Under the pieces are notes generated by a model that was given only the letters and a program-made list of their open reading frames with translations, was not told the DNA's origin and made no database searches. A stretch of DNA of 64,000 nucleotides from Xylographa opegraphella (Eukaryota), in contig JALDZX010000001.1 of the NCBI GenBank assembly GCA_022813865.1, forward strand, positions 186,001 through 250,000. The letters run 5' to 3'. Below are positions 12,245 through 24,560 of this stretch, piece by piece. The position numbers and the translations under genes are program-made. Positions within the stretch are counted from its first letter, which is position 1. The number at the start of each line of letters is the position of its first letter.

Positions 12245-12656
12245 TCACAACGTTCTGTGACCACCAGCCGTTGTGCTCGAGGCCGGACCTTCGTCAACAG
12301 AAGGCACACTACTCATGGATCCTACGGCACCAGCATGTGCTCCATCCCCATGGCCCTTTGGCTCCCCATCCTGCATCTCCGCCACCCCCTTGGCCGCAAT
12401 CGACCTGTTCTTGGCTTGACCCGCCTGGTCGTTAAAAGCTGTGTCGACAGCGCCTTTGATCGTGCCTCGAATGGTTTCCCCCATGCCCTGATGATTACAG
12501 ATCAGGTTCATGTGTACTTAGACTTTAAAGGGGGGAAAAGGTCTCTCGTCAACTGGCATAGAAGTGACATACATGAACGCCACTGACTGCTGACTTGACT
12601 GCACTCATGGAGTCTTTACCAGCGGTTGAGCCAGCGGCCGTGTCTGATTGAGTCAT
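12245..12656 (-). CDS. Small hydrophilic fungal hypothetical protein
   Basis: ATG at 12656 (MTQSDTAAGSTAGK..SGVH), then a GTATGT..CAG intron, then GMGETIRGTIKGAVDTAFNDQAGQAKNRSIAAKGVAEM. The 3' end is less certain. Confidence 0.65.
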
Positions 12657-14427
12657 GGTGATTGCAGATCTCTTCAGAGCGGGAGGAGTGGGTGAGTGGT
12701 TGGGCTTGAAAGGAAGAAATTGCGAGATGATTGAAAGTGGAATGGAAAAATTGCCTCAATGCAGAAGTGACGATGAATGACGTCAAGTACAACTCATCTA
12801 TCATTTACACAGCGATCAAACGATAGCTCAAGTGTATAGAAACCATCGCGCACTTGGTGGAAGCAATTGAACAAAGATGAATTCCACTGTCTTCGTCCTG
12901 ATTGCAGGTCTCAGCGTGACATGATACTAAGAAAGCGAGACATTATGTTTGACACATTGTTATAAGGTCGTCTTTGGACGATCTCCCCGTCAAGCAATGC
13001 CTAATCGAGATTGGAATATGAACCATTGCTCACGAGATTTAGAGTAAGAGGTTACGGTAAAACTGGCACTGGCTTTGAACGATCGCTCTCCTGCACTTCT
13101 AGCATTTCATAAGCCCCGGAAGCAGCGGACTCTAGAAAGAGCGATGGTTACAGATGAAACGATCATTCAAGCAACGCAGGATATTCAACAGAGTACATAC
13201 GCATTTGTTCACCTCTTAACAAAGTTGTCCAGCGCACGCATTCCCATTACTTTAGTAATTGGATTCGAGTAGCCCACATACTGGTCCATCAAAACTCTCT
13301 TTTAAGCTTGAATATCTGGTGAATAAGGTGGTTTTGACTATCAGTGTGGTATGTCACCACGAAGAACTGAGTGGCAAGGGCATCAAGGCATTTAGCGTGC
13401 GTCCAGCGCTTTACCGACCGAGCTAGGCCACGATTCTAATTTTTAACGACGACTAGAATTATGAGATCCCACGGTAGGTATTAAAGCAATGCTAAGTGTC
13501 GTAGGAGTATGCAAGACAACGATGTGGAAATGGATGTGCATAAGAATAGGGTGTATTCATGGTAGATGATGAATAAGGAACATCATCGAGTCGGATGCAG
13601 CGTAGTAGATATGTAAAAGAATGAGAGAACTTTTTTTGGTGAGCAAGGCAGCGAATGAAAAATACCAGGAATAGCTGAGCTTCATCATCGAGGCATACAC
13701 TCTACGTGAAACGGATTCAGTCGCGGAAGACAAAGTCAAATGTGTTGAAATTACAGAACAAAGAGGCTTCCCCTATCATACAAAGGTATCGAGCTATTCA
13801 GAGATATATCGCTGTACATCTGTGGAAGAAAATCGACCCCATTATTTGCAAGAATAAGGAGAAAGATGCATTTAATGTGACCTTTCGGCGTTTAGGAACC
13901 TTTCCCGCGTCTAAAGGTTTCAAGCGCTTAGAGCTCAGAGTCGCTTGTTAAGCCAATCGGTATGCGTCTCTCAGCGTGACAACCGACGGAGGTCAAATAA
14001 TTCTAGATCTTTCTTTCGAAAATAAATATCGGTCGCCAAACATTCATAGACTCGCTTCTCCTCCTTCATGAGCTTGATGTGATTAGCGTATGTTGCTCTT
14101 TGTCCTTGGAGTCTCAGAACCTTGATTACCCGGACTGCTGAGACTACTATCGGTGAGCACTGCTCCTTTTTTTCTCTAACAACCTGCTGCCTCCCTTACA
14201 CATGATGAACACCAATTGCTGGCACCCGTCCTAGAAGACTTGTACTCTTTACATGCGGATTAGCATTGCAGGAGCATAGTCTCCACAGTATCTGAATATC
14301 CCAAATTATTCTCCAACGATAGCATACAAATCAGCCTCGACTGAAGCTAATAATTGGAACTCACAGCAGCATTCCCCACGTGATTCTCGCAGATTCAAGA
14401 TACAGTCATATTTCAGGTTACTTCAAG

Positions 14428-15594
14428 ATGGTTTTGCACAACCCGAATAATTGGCATTGGGTCAATAAAGACGCCTCGGAATGGGCTCGGCAATACCTGG
14501 AGGACAACCTCACGAAAATATCTGCGAAACAAGGCGATGTCTCAGCCAAGGTCACAAAAGTTACGAGCATGGATGGAGACGTCGATGTCAATCAACGGAA
14601 GGGCAAGGTTATTACTCTCTTCGATGTGAAGCTACAGCTCGAGTATGAAGGTGAGGCAATAAGGCTGTGGAGTCACAGGATACCCTGCTTATATTGGAAT
14701 AGGTGAGACGAAAGATGCGGAGGACGTGAGTGGTTCGATCACAATCCCAGAAGTAGCCCATGATACAGAGGAAAATGAGTACGTTGTACGTTCCCTTGCC
14801 TTTTTTTCCCCTCGCTCGCATCTGACTGTCGTAATTCTTGTAGTTCGACATAGACGTCTTCAGTCCCAGCTCAGAAAAAGAACCCGTGAAAAGCCTAGTC
14901 CGTTCGTCGATCGTTCCCCAAATCCGGAAGAGCCTCCAGAAGCTTGCTCCCGCTCTAATCACCGAGCATGCCAAAGACCTCCAGCATCCTCCAGGGTCCG
15001 GTCCCACCAGTGGGACAGCGACACCGATGAACAAAACCACCTCTTCCACAGCCGCTCAAACACACGCCAAGCCAAGTTCGTCGACTTCCACCTCAGCGTC
15101 CACTTCCGCCACCAAAGTCAATACCACCACCCTCAACTCCACATCCGAGTTCCGTACCACAGCCGAAGAACTCTACGAAACATTCACCTCTGTCGCTCGC
15201 CTCACAGCCTTCACCCGATCGCCACCCACCGTCTTCGAAGGCGCGCACGCGGGGGGCAAGTTCGCGCTCTTCGGAGGCGGCGTCAGCGGGGAGTATGTCT
15301 CACTGCAGGAGCCGACGCAGATTGTGCAGAAGTGGCGATTAGGGCACTGGCCAGCGGGCCACTTCAGCCATCTGACCTTGAACTTCGACCAAGACAACGT
15401 CAACGCGGTGACGGTGATGCGGGTGGACTGGACGGGCGTCCCGGTCGGGGAGGAGGACAGCACGAAGGGCAAGTGGGAAGAGTATTACGTGCGGAGCTTG
15501 AAGACGACGTTCGGGTTCGTGCTCCTACCGCAGACCTCCTCCGGCTTGCGCAGGCTTCTAACGATGGCGGAACAGGTTCGGCACCATCCTCTGA
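14428..15594 (+). CDS. AHA1: Hsp90 co-chaperone Aha1
   Basis: MVLHNPNNWHWVNKD, DGDVDVNQRKGKVITLFD and a C-terminal AHSA1/START-like domain. Introns at 14651-14702, 14786-14843 and 15515-15575. The spliced end reads TTFGFGTIL*. Confidence 0.95.
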
Positions 15595-16547
15595 GCCGGT
15601 GGTCGCTCGGTGTGGCCCTCCTCATGATCCTATGGCTCTTACGGGACCGTGCTACGATAGGATTTACGGCGTAGCTTTGCAAGACGGGGGGGCGTAGTTC
15701 TAGACCGGGAGCGAATCACTAGAAATTGTAGTATGATCGAAGTCAGCCCTGCCCCGGTTCTCCGGTCTCACTCGGCCGAATTGCAAGATGTAGATGTGAG
15801 TGAGGGCCGATCGTTGTAGTCTACCGTTCTCCACCGGGTACCAGTGCCCCACGAAGACATCGCAAGCAAACCCCCCGGTCCCCCGTCCCTGTAATCTGGC
15901 CTACACCAACCTCCCGTCATCGCCCTGTCCCCCCGTCGTAGCACCACCCCACCTCCACCTCGGCTTGATCGTCCCGTGTCCATTGAGAGTGGACCTTTTT
16001 GTCGACTAGGTTCGGGGGCCGCTAAGTGACTTTGGCGGGAAGGAAATGAGAAACCGATTCTCAGGCCGGGGGGTAGGTGAGTGAATGATTACACGAGACG
16101 GGTTAGGGCAGCGGAGAGGAAAGAATGGAGGCCAGTCGCCGGACAGGTGGATCGCACCGGAATGCCTGGTGGCCAAGTCATGTAATGGGTTTTTTTTGCG
16201 TACTGTGTGGAGAGAGGACGAGTCCATGCATGCGTGCGATGAGGCTGATGAGGGGGGGCTCGGAGGGGTGATGGGTGATGTGCAAGTATACTGGTATTTT
16301 CAAAGGAGGATGGTATGGTGCGGAGGAGGGAAGCACGAGATGCTGGTGATGATTTGGCGGAGAGTCCGCTTTTGCGTATGCTGTATGGGTGCTGTGCTGG
16401 CTTGTTCGTCAAAACGAGGGCTTTCTTGACAGATGGAAAATAGACTGCGTGGGAATCGTCCCTCGATAGCAGCTTCGTCGAGGCTTCGCCCGGCTTTTTC
16501 TGCGCTTTGACGCGGAGACTTCATTTTCGATATGGTTGAGGGGGGGG

Positions 16548-16557
16548 NNNNNNNNNN
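16548..16557. other. Assembly gap (10 N) adjacent to a poly-G run
   Basis: N characters seen directly. Confidence 0.99.
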
Positions 16558-19500
16558 GAGGGGGAGAAGGTTGGGCACGCCTTGGGCGGACGTTGGGGTC
16601 GACGGTGTGCTAGCAAGGTGGTTCATGGGAAGACGACGTATAGGCGCCCATCAGAGAGTCACAGGAATAGACAGATATACACACTCTCTATTGCGGGTAC
16701 ATGACAGGCACACCACCGCAGCTGAAGGGAGCGGCAAAAGAGAAAAGACAGCGTGACGCGAGAAGAAAGTTCACGATGCCAACAAAAACAGCAGCATGAA
16801 TATTAGGCAGAACGACAATATCGTCAGCCGGCGCGACTCAGAGGTTCGAAGCGGGTAAGTGATACAGCCACGAGTCCTTGCCACCAACACCGTCGTTACC
16901 ACGGTAGCGCCGCGTGCATCGTGTCTTGTGTATCTCGTCCAAAGTTCTGCATCCAGTGATGCACGATTGGAAAAAGTAAACATTGGGCCTGTGAGGCAAG
17001 CTTTTGCTGCGCAATGGTGACGGTGCACACCGTTCCACCAAGGGCATGCGAAACGCAGAGGCAGAGGAAGGTGAGGTGCATGCCGTTGGTGTTTCTGCTA
17101 CCCTCAACCTTATGCCTCCCACGGCTGCGTACGGTTCATCCAAGTCGCCATCCCACGTTCCATGCCCCGGGAGAGATGGGACAGATGGAACAGATGGAAC
17201 AGATATCCTTGAGGGCAGGTGGCCTCGCCCACGGCCGCCGGGAGCGGGCGCATGGTGAAGGTGCAATCGCGCCGAGCGGGTTGGGGGGGCGGAGGCTCTT
17301 GTGAGCCAGCGATGCTGTCGAAATCTTGCATGACTATTCGGTCGCATGAGAGCATAGACCTGGGCCGGTTTCGTTCGACTTGCCAGATTTGACGGGGCCG
17401 GGGCTTTGTCAGGCGATTTGTGGAACAGGAAGCACGAATTGCCGGCTTATGTCAGGCCGAGGGTTGGGGATCTCTCCCATGGGGACATGAGAGGGCCGCA
17501 TAAAGGGAATACCTTTAGTTTGACGTGGCGCCTTTTACGCCATGCAACTGCGCTATTTCCGGGCGGCGCTTCGGAGGCGCTGGGGCCAGGCAGGAGACTG
17601 AGGAGAGGGATCGGGTTGCAGATGGGAGGCATGGTGTATAGATAGAAAGTGGTCGATCATCCATGTTGCATCAGAATACCCTCGCTGGCATGTCGTGAGG
17701 AAGCAGCGTATGCGCTGATATACGTTGCTTGATTGATAGAGCTGGAGATGGAGGTGGAGGTGGAAGGCGTTGGGTGGTGGGGGAGGCAGTGCTAATCCAT
17801 TATAGGTTAGAATTGTAGTGCACCCACGCCGAGCCTCGGCCCTACTACGTACCGAGCTTCGGTGGCCTTCTGGAAGCGGCATGTGCCAAAAGCGGTCACG
17901 AGACATCCATACCTTACCTTACACAATCGTGGAAGTGGAACGACCGCGGAATCAATCATTAAAGGTGTTCACAGAGATAGTCAACCCTCATGACCGGTCA
18001 CGAGTTGGAACGGACGATACGGAGGTACAGATGACCGATCTCATGTCAATTTCACATGTTATATCTATCGCAGAACCGGGGTCGGTAGTCAGCAGTCGCC
18101 TCCCTCCTGAACACTCCATCAGAAGGACAATCGGTGTAGAATATGCAGAACGTAGATGGGTATGACTAAGGTACCTGCACCCGTTTCGTTTGCCCTTCAA
18201 TTTCCTCTGGCGGAGAAAACGGGGTGTCCGCTAGATAGGGGCGAAATGGCATGTGTCTCCGATCATCCCAGCGGGCTCCGGTGCCAAGCCGTTTAGGCTC
18301 GTCCGAGATGAACGAAAGGGGTTCGGGGTTTCCTCATTGATGCTTGGTGGACAGTGATCGCAAAGAGTCGAGAGGCAATCACCGTTGATCCGGCTACATA
18401 TGCTGTATCCAGTAACGCTGGAGGCGACACACGTACCCGTCAAGCTGGATGACGATGCTTCGGTGCTGCTGGAAAACGTCGTCTTCGGAGGACTGCTGTG
18501 GCTGAGAAAGCGGCTGAGAGGATTCGTGGATGCCGCAACGGTATTAGTGCTGCCGAGGCTGCGCTCGACGGACCAATGAGATGCGGCACCGGAGGTCGCG
18601 CTGCTGCGACCGCGGGGGCTTGGACCAAAACATGCTTCTATCTTTCGATCCAAGCCTTGCGTCCAGGCGGAGACGACGGTCTTCCAGGGACGATCTGGAA
18701 GGCAGAAGGACGTTCACAGCTGCCTCCCGTTACGAATCAACGGCCCAATCTCTCGCTCGAATGCAGTCAAGTGGGCCCCTTCATGATAGAACGACCACTG
18801 CGAGGAAGGGGGACGATGGCGATGGCGTTGGCGATCCCCGCTCCTCACCCGTCTTCGGTCGTCTGATTCGAAAGCATCAGATGGCCGGTGCACTAGAGGG
18901 TCGAAGATGAAAAGGACGATGGTGTGCCCGCTGGATACATCTTCACGTCGCATTCAGCCTCGGGGCAGACTTCCCCTCCCAGCCTCTAGTCAGTGCCAAC
19001 GGGGGAATGACCATCGCACCAGCACTGAGGGTATAAGCACATCACTCCCCGCCGCCGCTTCTCCTCTCCTCCATTGCTGTCGATGACTCTTCACCTCCTC
19101 AAACACCGCCACCCGTCGTCCTAAACGAAGCCGGCGACAGCAGGCATTCCATCCAAGGGACTTCCTTTCGCCCCAGGGACGCATTCGGCATAAGCTCAAA
19201 CACGTTCGCCAGAAGCGCACCGAGCGCAGCAGGCCCCTTGCCGTTCGTCGCAGCATACTGTCGGCTCGACATTCTTCAAATCACGTTTCGGGCTGTGGAC
19301 TCGACACCGCGTCCACTCGATCAAGAGCACCGCACCCAAACTTGTAGTCCGGCTATCCTGCTGGTACTACTGCTACCTCAGCCTCTCAGCCTTCAGGCCA
19401 TCCCGTTCTTTCTTCCCCCAAGTGAGCATCCGTGCCTCTGATTCGCCGCGCACCCCTCCTTGGATCGGCGGGGGGGCATCTGAAACACGACGCATTGTTC

Positions 19501-19863
19501 ACCGGCCGGCCGAGTCATCCCGACATTCACGCCTGAACCAAGCCAGCCCCTTGCTGCTCCTGCGACACTCTCCGCCTTTGGTGGCAGAACCAGCTCGATC
19601 GCTCATTGGTCGTCCACCGCGGTCCCCTGTCCCTGTCGAGCGCTAAACATAGTCTGCTTCCTTTAGCGAGAGACACCAACCACTTTCGGTCAACGCGCGC
19701 GCTCTCTGTGACCAGTCAGCGACCGGCATTGCCCTGATCTATCTCGAGAGTCGAGATCCCCCCCTGACCCTGCTCCTCCCCCCCCCTTCAAGCGTTTCCC
19801 CACACCAAATTCCAACAACCAGCAGCCGTTGGCCAAGCACGCTCGCCTGCTGCTGGTCCAGGA

Positions 19864-19896
19864 ACAAGTCCTGCGAGACAAGTCCTGCGAGACAAG
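19864..19896 (+). repeat. Tandem duplication of a 14-nt unit (ACAAGTCCTGCGAG, about 2.3 copies)
   Basis: Seen directly in the sequence. Confidence 0.85.
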
Positions 19897-20962
19897 CAAG
19901 CATCTGCTCATATCCCACAACCCCAGCAGAGGACAGAGCATACACACCACTCATTCCTCCTGCTGCTATTTTATCCCATACAACTCCTCCCCTAGCGGCC
20001 TTGCACCCGCTATACCGCCTTTCACCACCCGCCCATATCGTGAAACACACTGCCAATTCATCATCTCCAAGGGCATCGGCCAAAACTGCAAGCTCATATT
20101 AATACTCGGAGCCGTCCGACAGTCGACTGTTTCTCGACATCTTCACTCCTCCGCCTCCGCCTCCACCATTAATTCCAGCAGTCCGTTCCCCCTCAACCGG
20201 CTTGAGGCTGTCCGTCAACTGCGGTGCATTGTTGTTCCCCCATTTCGCTTGACTCGAACCACGGAGCCGCTACTGCATACTTGCGTATACGCGACCGCTC
20301 ACCAACATTCCCCCAGCCTGTCAAGCAGTGGACCAGCCTCCCGCACACCCACCCTCCAGACTCGGAGAACCCCTTGTCAGGCACAAGGTAGAGAAAAGGC
20401 ATCCTTCCACTGCTCTTTCTCCAGCTCGATATTCCCCAACTATACCCGACACCGCTTCACGACAGCACAAAGTCCAACACCCCCCAGCGGCTGCCGCCGT
20501 CACTTGTCTATCCTCTCCAATCAGCTCTCCACCCTTCCTGCTCACCTCGAGATCTTTAACTCTCGTCCACCAACAATCGCTTATCGCTTGTCTCGCCTTG
20601 TTACATTTATTTTGAAGATTCCAGAAGTCCTCTAGAAGCTCCGCAGGTCGGGCACACTCATAAAAGCATTCACGATATCTTCTATTGACCGCTGTCATCC
20701 GGAGAGCGTCATTCCTATCATTTGATTACGACTCTTATAAACTGACGACATTGATCAATAACGACCACATAATACCAGACAAATCACGACCCGCACCAGG
20801 TTAATATAATACTCACCCGTCACGGAATTCTGACTCCTGAACGATCATCCACGCTCGGATCTTTGCCGCAAGAGTCACACAGCAAGGGATATCTGCTGTC
20901 TATTGCTGGAGCACTTGCTGAAGTATTCTGCTCGCCCTCGACAGTCGGACGATCACATCACC

Positions 20963-22168
20963 ATGGCAGTTCCAACACAAGCGCAGAACAAGGTCGCTCT
21001 GGACTACTTTGTACAGCTCCCGGTCTCCCGGTCTATGGTCTCATACCTCGCTCAAAAGGCATCGGAAGTCATTCGATGTGGACCGACACCTTTACGAACC
21101 GACAAACACCTGCCGCCCACACCACCATCCACCCCCCCAACCGCCGTCAGCGAACCGGCATCACCACAGTCGGCTGCTCTCCCATCGCTAGAAGAGTTCA
21201 TCCAGTCGCTCATCGACCGCTCGCACGTGCAAGTGCCCACACTCATGTCCTCCCTCGTCTACCTCTCCCGACTGCAAGCCCGTCTCCCGCCCGTCGCCAA
21301 GGGCATGCGGTGCACCGTCCACCGAATCTTCCTCGCCTCGCTCATCCTGGCCGCGAAGAACCTCAACGACTCCTCCCCCAAGAACAAACACTGGGCCCGA
21401 TACTCAACCGTACGCGGGTACGATAGCTTCGGCTTCACTCTCACCGAGGTCAACCTGATGGAGAAGCAACTCCTCTTCCTCCTCGATTGGGATCTTCGCA
21501 TCACCCCTCAGGACCTCTACACCCACCTCGAGCCCTTCCTCGCCCCCATTCGCGTTCAGCTCCAGGAACGCTCCGACCGCCACGAGGCCAAACGGCTCGC
21601 CACCGTCCGCGACCGCGAAATCGCCGCCTACCACGAGCGTCTTCGGGAACGCTCTCCTTCCGTCCCGGACGTCTACAGCTCCAACGTCTCCACCTACGAC
21701 TCTCCCTCCGCTTACTCCTACACCTCCGACCTCTCCCAATACGCCCTCTCCGCGCACCGCGCACCCCGCCGGCCCCTGGGCCACATGCGCATGCGCTCCA
21801 TCTCTCCCCCGGGCGCCGACGCTGTCCCCGGTCTCACCCGCACGCTGACCGACACCCCGTCGTCCGGGTCGCGCTGCTCCAGCATCTCCCCCGCCCCCAC
21901 CCGCGGCACCAACACCCCGGCCTCCCTCGCCGGCTCCTACGCCTCCACTCCCGCCATGCAGGAGCCCGAGCTCGCGTACAGGTACCCAGGCTACGAGGAC
22001 AGCGTCGACGCCGACGCCCTTTACCGCCTACGGCCCAGCTACGACGAGAAGCCGGCTAAAAAGGCCAAGACGGCCTCTTCCGGTGGCGGGATCATCAGCC
22101 GCTTCTTGACATCTGCGACGGGCGGGTATGAACGGCGGGGCGGGAGGTTGGCCAGTGTGGGGTTCTAG
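20963..22168 (+). CDS. Pho85-type cyclin, Pcl1/Pcl2 (PclA-like) family
   Basis: Cyclin box LPSLEEFI..VQVPTLMSSLVYLSRL..HRIFLASLILAAKNLNDSSPKNKHW..EVNLMEKQLLFLLDWDL, followed by an S/P-rich tail. Intronless. Confidence 0.92.
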   Translation: MAVPTQAQNKVALDYFVQLPVSRSMVSYLAQKASEVIRCGPTPLRTDKHLPPTPPSTPPTAVSEPASPQSAALPSLEEFIQSLIDRSHVQVPTLMSSLVYLSRLQARLPPVAKGMRCTVHRIFLASLILAAKNLNDSSPKNKHWARYSTVRGYDSFGFTLTEVNLMEKQLLFLLDWDLRITPQDLYTHLEPFLAPIRVQLQERSDRHEAKRLATVRDREIAAYHERLRERSPSVPDVYSSNVSTYDSPSAYSYTSDLSQYALSAHRAPRRPLGHMRMRSISPPGADAVPGLTRTLTDTPSSGSRCSSISPAPTRGTNTPASLAGSYASTPAMQEPELAYRYPGYEDSVDADALYRLRPSYDEKPAKKAKTASSGGGIISRFLTSATGGYERRGGRLASVGF

Positions 22169-23084
22169 TACATTTTTTTTTTTGGATTTGGTTGGCCTCT
22201 TGAAGATTGCATAGCGATGGCGTGTGTGTGTGATGATGATCGGGGTGCGAGGTTCGCGGACTGTGTCTTGGGAATGGTGGCTTGCGCTTAGCGTAATGAT
22301 GGGATGTCGAGCTGCTTGGTTTGCGGAGGCTGGACTACTGTGCAGGTGTGCGGTGTTCGGATCCATGGGGGGTGAGGGTTAACAGGGGGGAAGGGCGGAG
22401 GTGGTTGTGTGAATCATCTGTGATGAGGATCCGGTAGACTACCTTATAGGAGAGAAAATTTTACACTCGCTCACTGTGCTTCGTGGGAACGGGACGTGCT
22501 GTGCTCTGATGAAGTGAGATGTTTCTGAAGGATATGGCTTGTGACATGTGTGGAAATGGTTGAAAATGGTCTTGCGAAGCCGAGGGTGGTTTTCTCGGCC
22601 GTGTATCATTCCCACAGGGGAGCCCATCAGAGCAAAAGTCAATGCGGCCACTCATCGCCCATCAACCGTCCTGAAAACCTCTGAACTATCAACTCCTTTC
22701 GCGGAAAGCGCCTTTTCGAGAAGATGGATTTTCGGGCTGTCGGACGAGGTGATGTGGTGCTGGAAGAGGAGTAAAGCCAGTTCAACAGACCCGTGCCAAC
22801 GTTTTCGAGGAAGTGATCTGCGCTAGTTGTCTTGGCGCCCACACCAGGAGCCGAGCTTCATCCACAATTGAAATAATTCCCGATCTTAATCTTCAGCATT
22901 CGTTGTAGATTCGGTCACATCAGTCAAGGTAAGTCCTTCTCAATTGCAGTAATGATCTGCTCAAAATCTCATGCTCTCACTGTATTGTGTTCGGTCATCC
23001 ACATTCCAACAGTCAAGACTACGATTGGAATCATATTGAAACGAAGTCTTCGAAATAATTGATGCTGATTTCCCGAGTTCGCAG

Positions 23085-23906
23085 ATGGGTCATTACAAAT
23101 ACATCGAAGAACTGCACAAGAAGAAGCAGTCCGATGTGCTGCGCTTCTTGCTGCGTGTGCGCTGCTGGGAGGTAAGATGATCTTTACCTACACGACCCGA
23201 CTTCGACGACGAAGACCTGTGGCACTTTTGTGTCTTGCTATACACTCGTTGAACTTAGCTGAGAGTGCACCAATATAGCTACGACAACTGAATGTCATCC
23301 ACCGCGCATCTCGTCCATCTCGACCGGACAAGGCTCGTCGGTTGGGGTACAAGGCCAAGCAAGGCTACGTTATCTACCGTGTTCGCGTTCGTAGGGGAGG
23401 TCGTAAACGGCCAGTACCAAAGGGGGCTACTTATGGTCAGTCAACCCTTAATGATTATGCTACTACATGCTGAAGCTTGCAACCTCAGGTAAACCTACAA
23501 ACCAGGGTGTGAACCAGCTCAAATACCAGCGCTCCCTCAAATCCACCGCCGAGGAGCGCGTTGGTCGCCGCTGCGCCAACTTGCGCGTCCTGAACTCCTA
23601 CTGGATCAACCAGGATTCTACATACAAGTACTTCGAGGTCATTCTTGTGGATCCCCAGCACAAGGCTATCCGTAACGATGCTCGTATCAATTGGATTGTG
23701 AAACCGGTGCATAAGGTACACACTATATCTTTGAACATTGGATGCCAATCGCTGACGTATTCTAGCACCGTGAATCTCGTGGTCTTACCGCAACTGGCAA
23801 GAAGTCTCGTGGATTGGGCAAGGGACACAAGTTCAATCACACCACAGCTGGCAGGAGGAAGACATGGAAACGGCACAACACTCAGAGCTACTGGAGATAC
23901 CGCTGA
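23085..23906 (+). CDS. RPL15: 60S ribosomal protein eL15
   Basis: [70 protein letters not shown] and HRESRGLT. Introns at about 23172-23278, 23436-23488 and 23716-23765, plus a 5'UTR intron at 22929-23084. Confidence 0.97.
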
Positions 23907-24560
23907 TCAAAGTGCTCCAATTCTACAATACATCCTCACTTCAATAGTGGGTCTGAGCAGAAGGTCTTTTAGCAAGCGTTACAAGATCTTGCTTAGATTA
24001 GTCTAGATACTGGTCGCGGAAACATGAAAAAGGTGCAACCAATATCTCCACATGAAATGAACAACAACGTGATGAATGTATCTCTTGAAGAATAATCCCA
24101 ATAACACCTTTGAGAAGCTTAGTGAGTTGGCAAGGTGTACCTAGCTCAGCGGTCCGTGCCCCATAGGAGCAACCTTTGTACTCCTCGAAGCCGCTAGCTG
24201 AGACGCATACGAGATACTTTTTTTAGATGTTGCATTACGCAACAATTCAAGCACTTCACGTTTTTGAGTATCAACATCAATCTGCTGCGGTATGCTCGTT
24301 ATGATCAAGTCTACGATATGTCAGACTTGGTTCTTGGCGTGCAAGGAGTATAGACAGAAAGATCCCACATGAGCACTTCTCCACGCGGATGCGCCTGCCA
24401 CACCAGTCCTCAGCTCTTGCTTCGTTTCCATACTTATCAGGTCATTGCCCGCTTGGCTCGAGTCAACCATTCAACCCATTCTCTAATGAAGGGTGATTTA
24501 CCACTGCTTAGGAATAAACCTCAAGAGCGGTAACCTGTGGCCCCAACCGCAGGACACTCG

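Noticed and set aside
13990..14240. Heat-shock elements upstream of AHA1
   Set aside because: Only partial TTCnnGA/GAA units are present. I saw no three contiguous alternating nGAAn units.
16700..18950. Many 60-170 aa ORFs upstream of the cyclin
   Set aside because: No recognisable domain, codon bias or splice pattern. Treated as regulatory or intergenic DNA.
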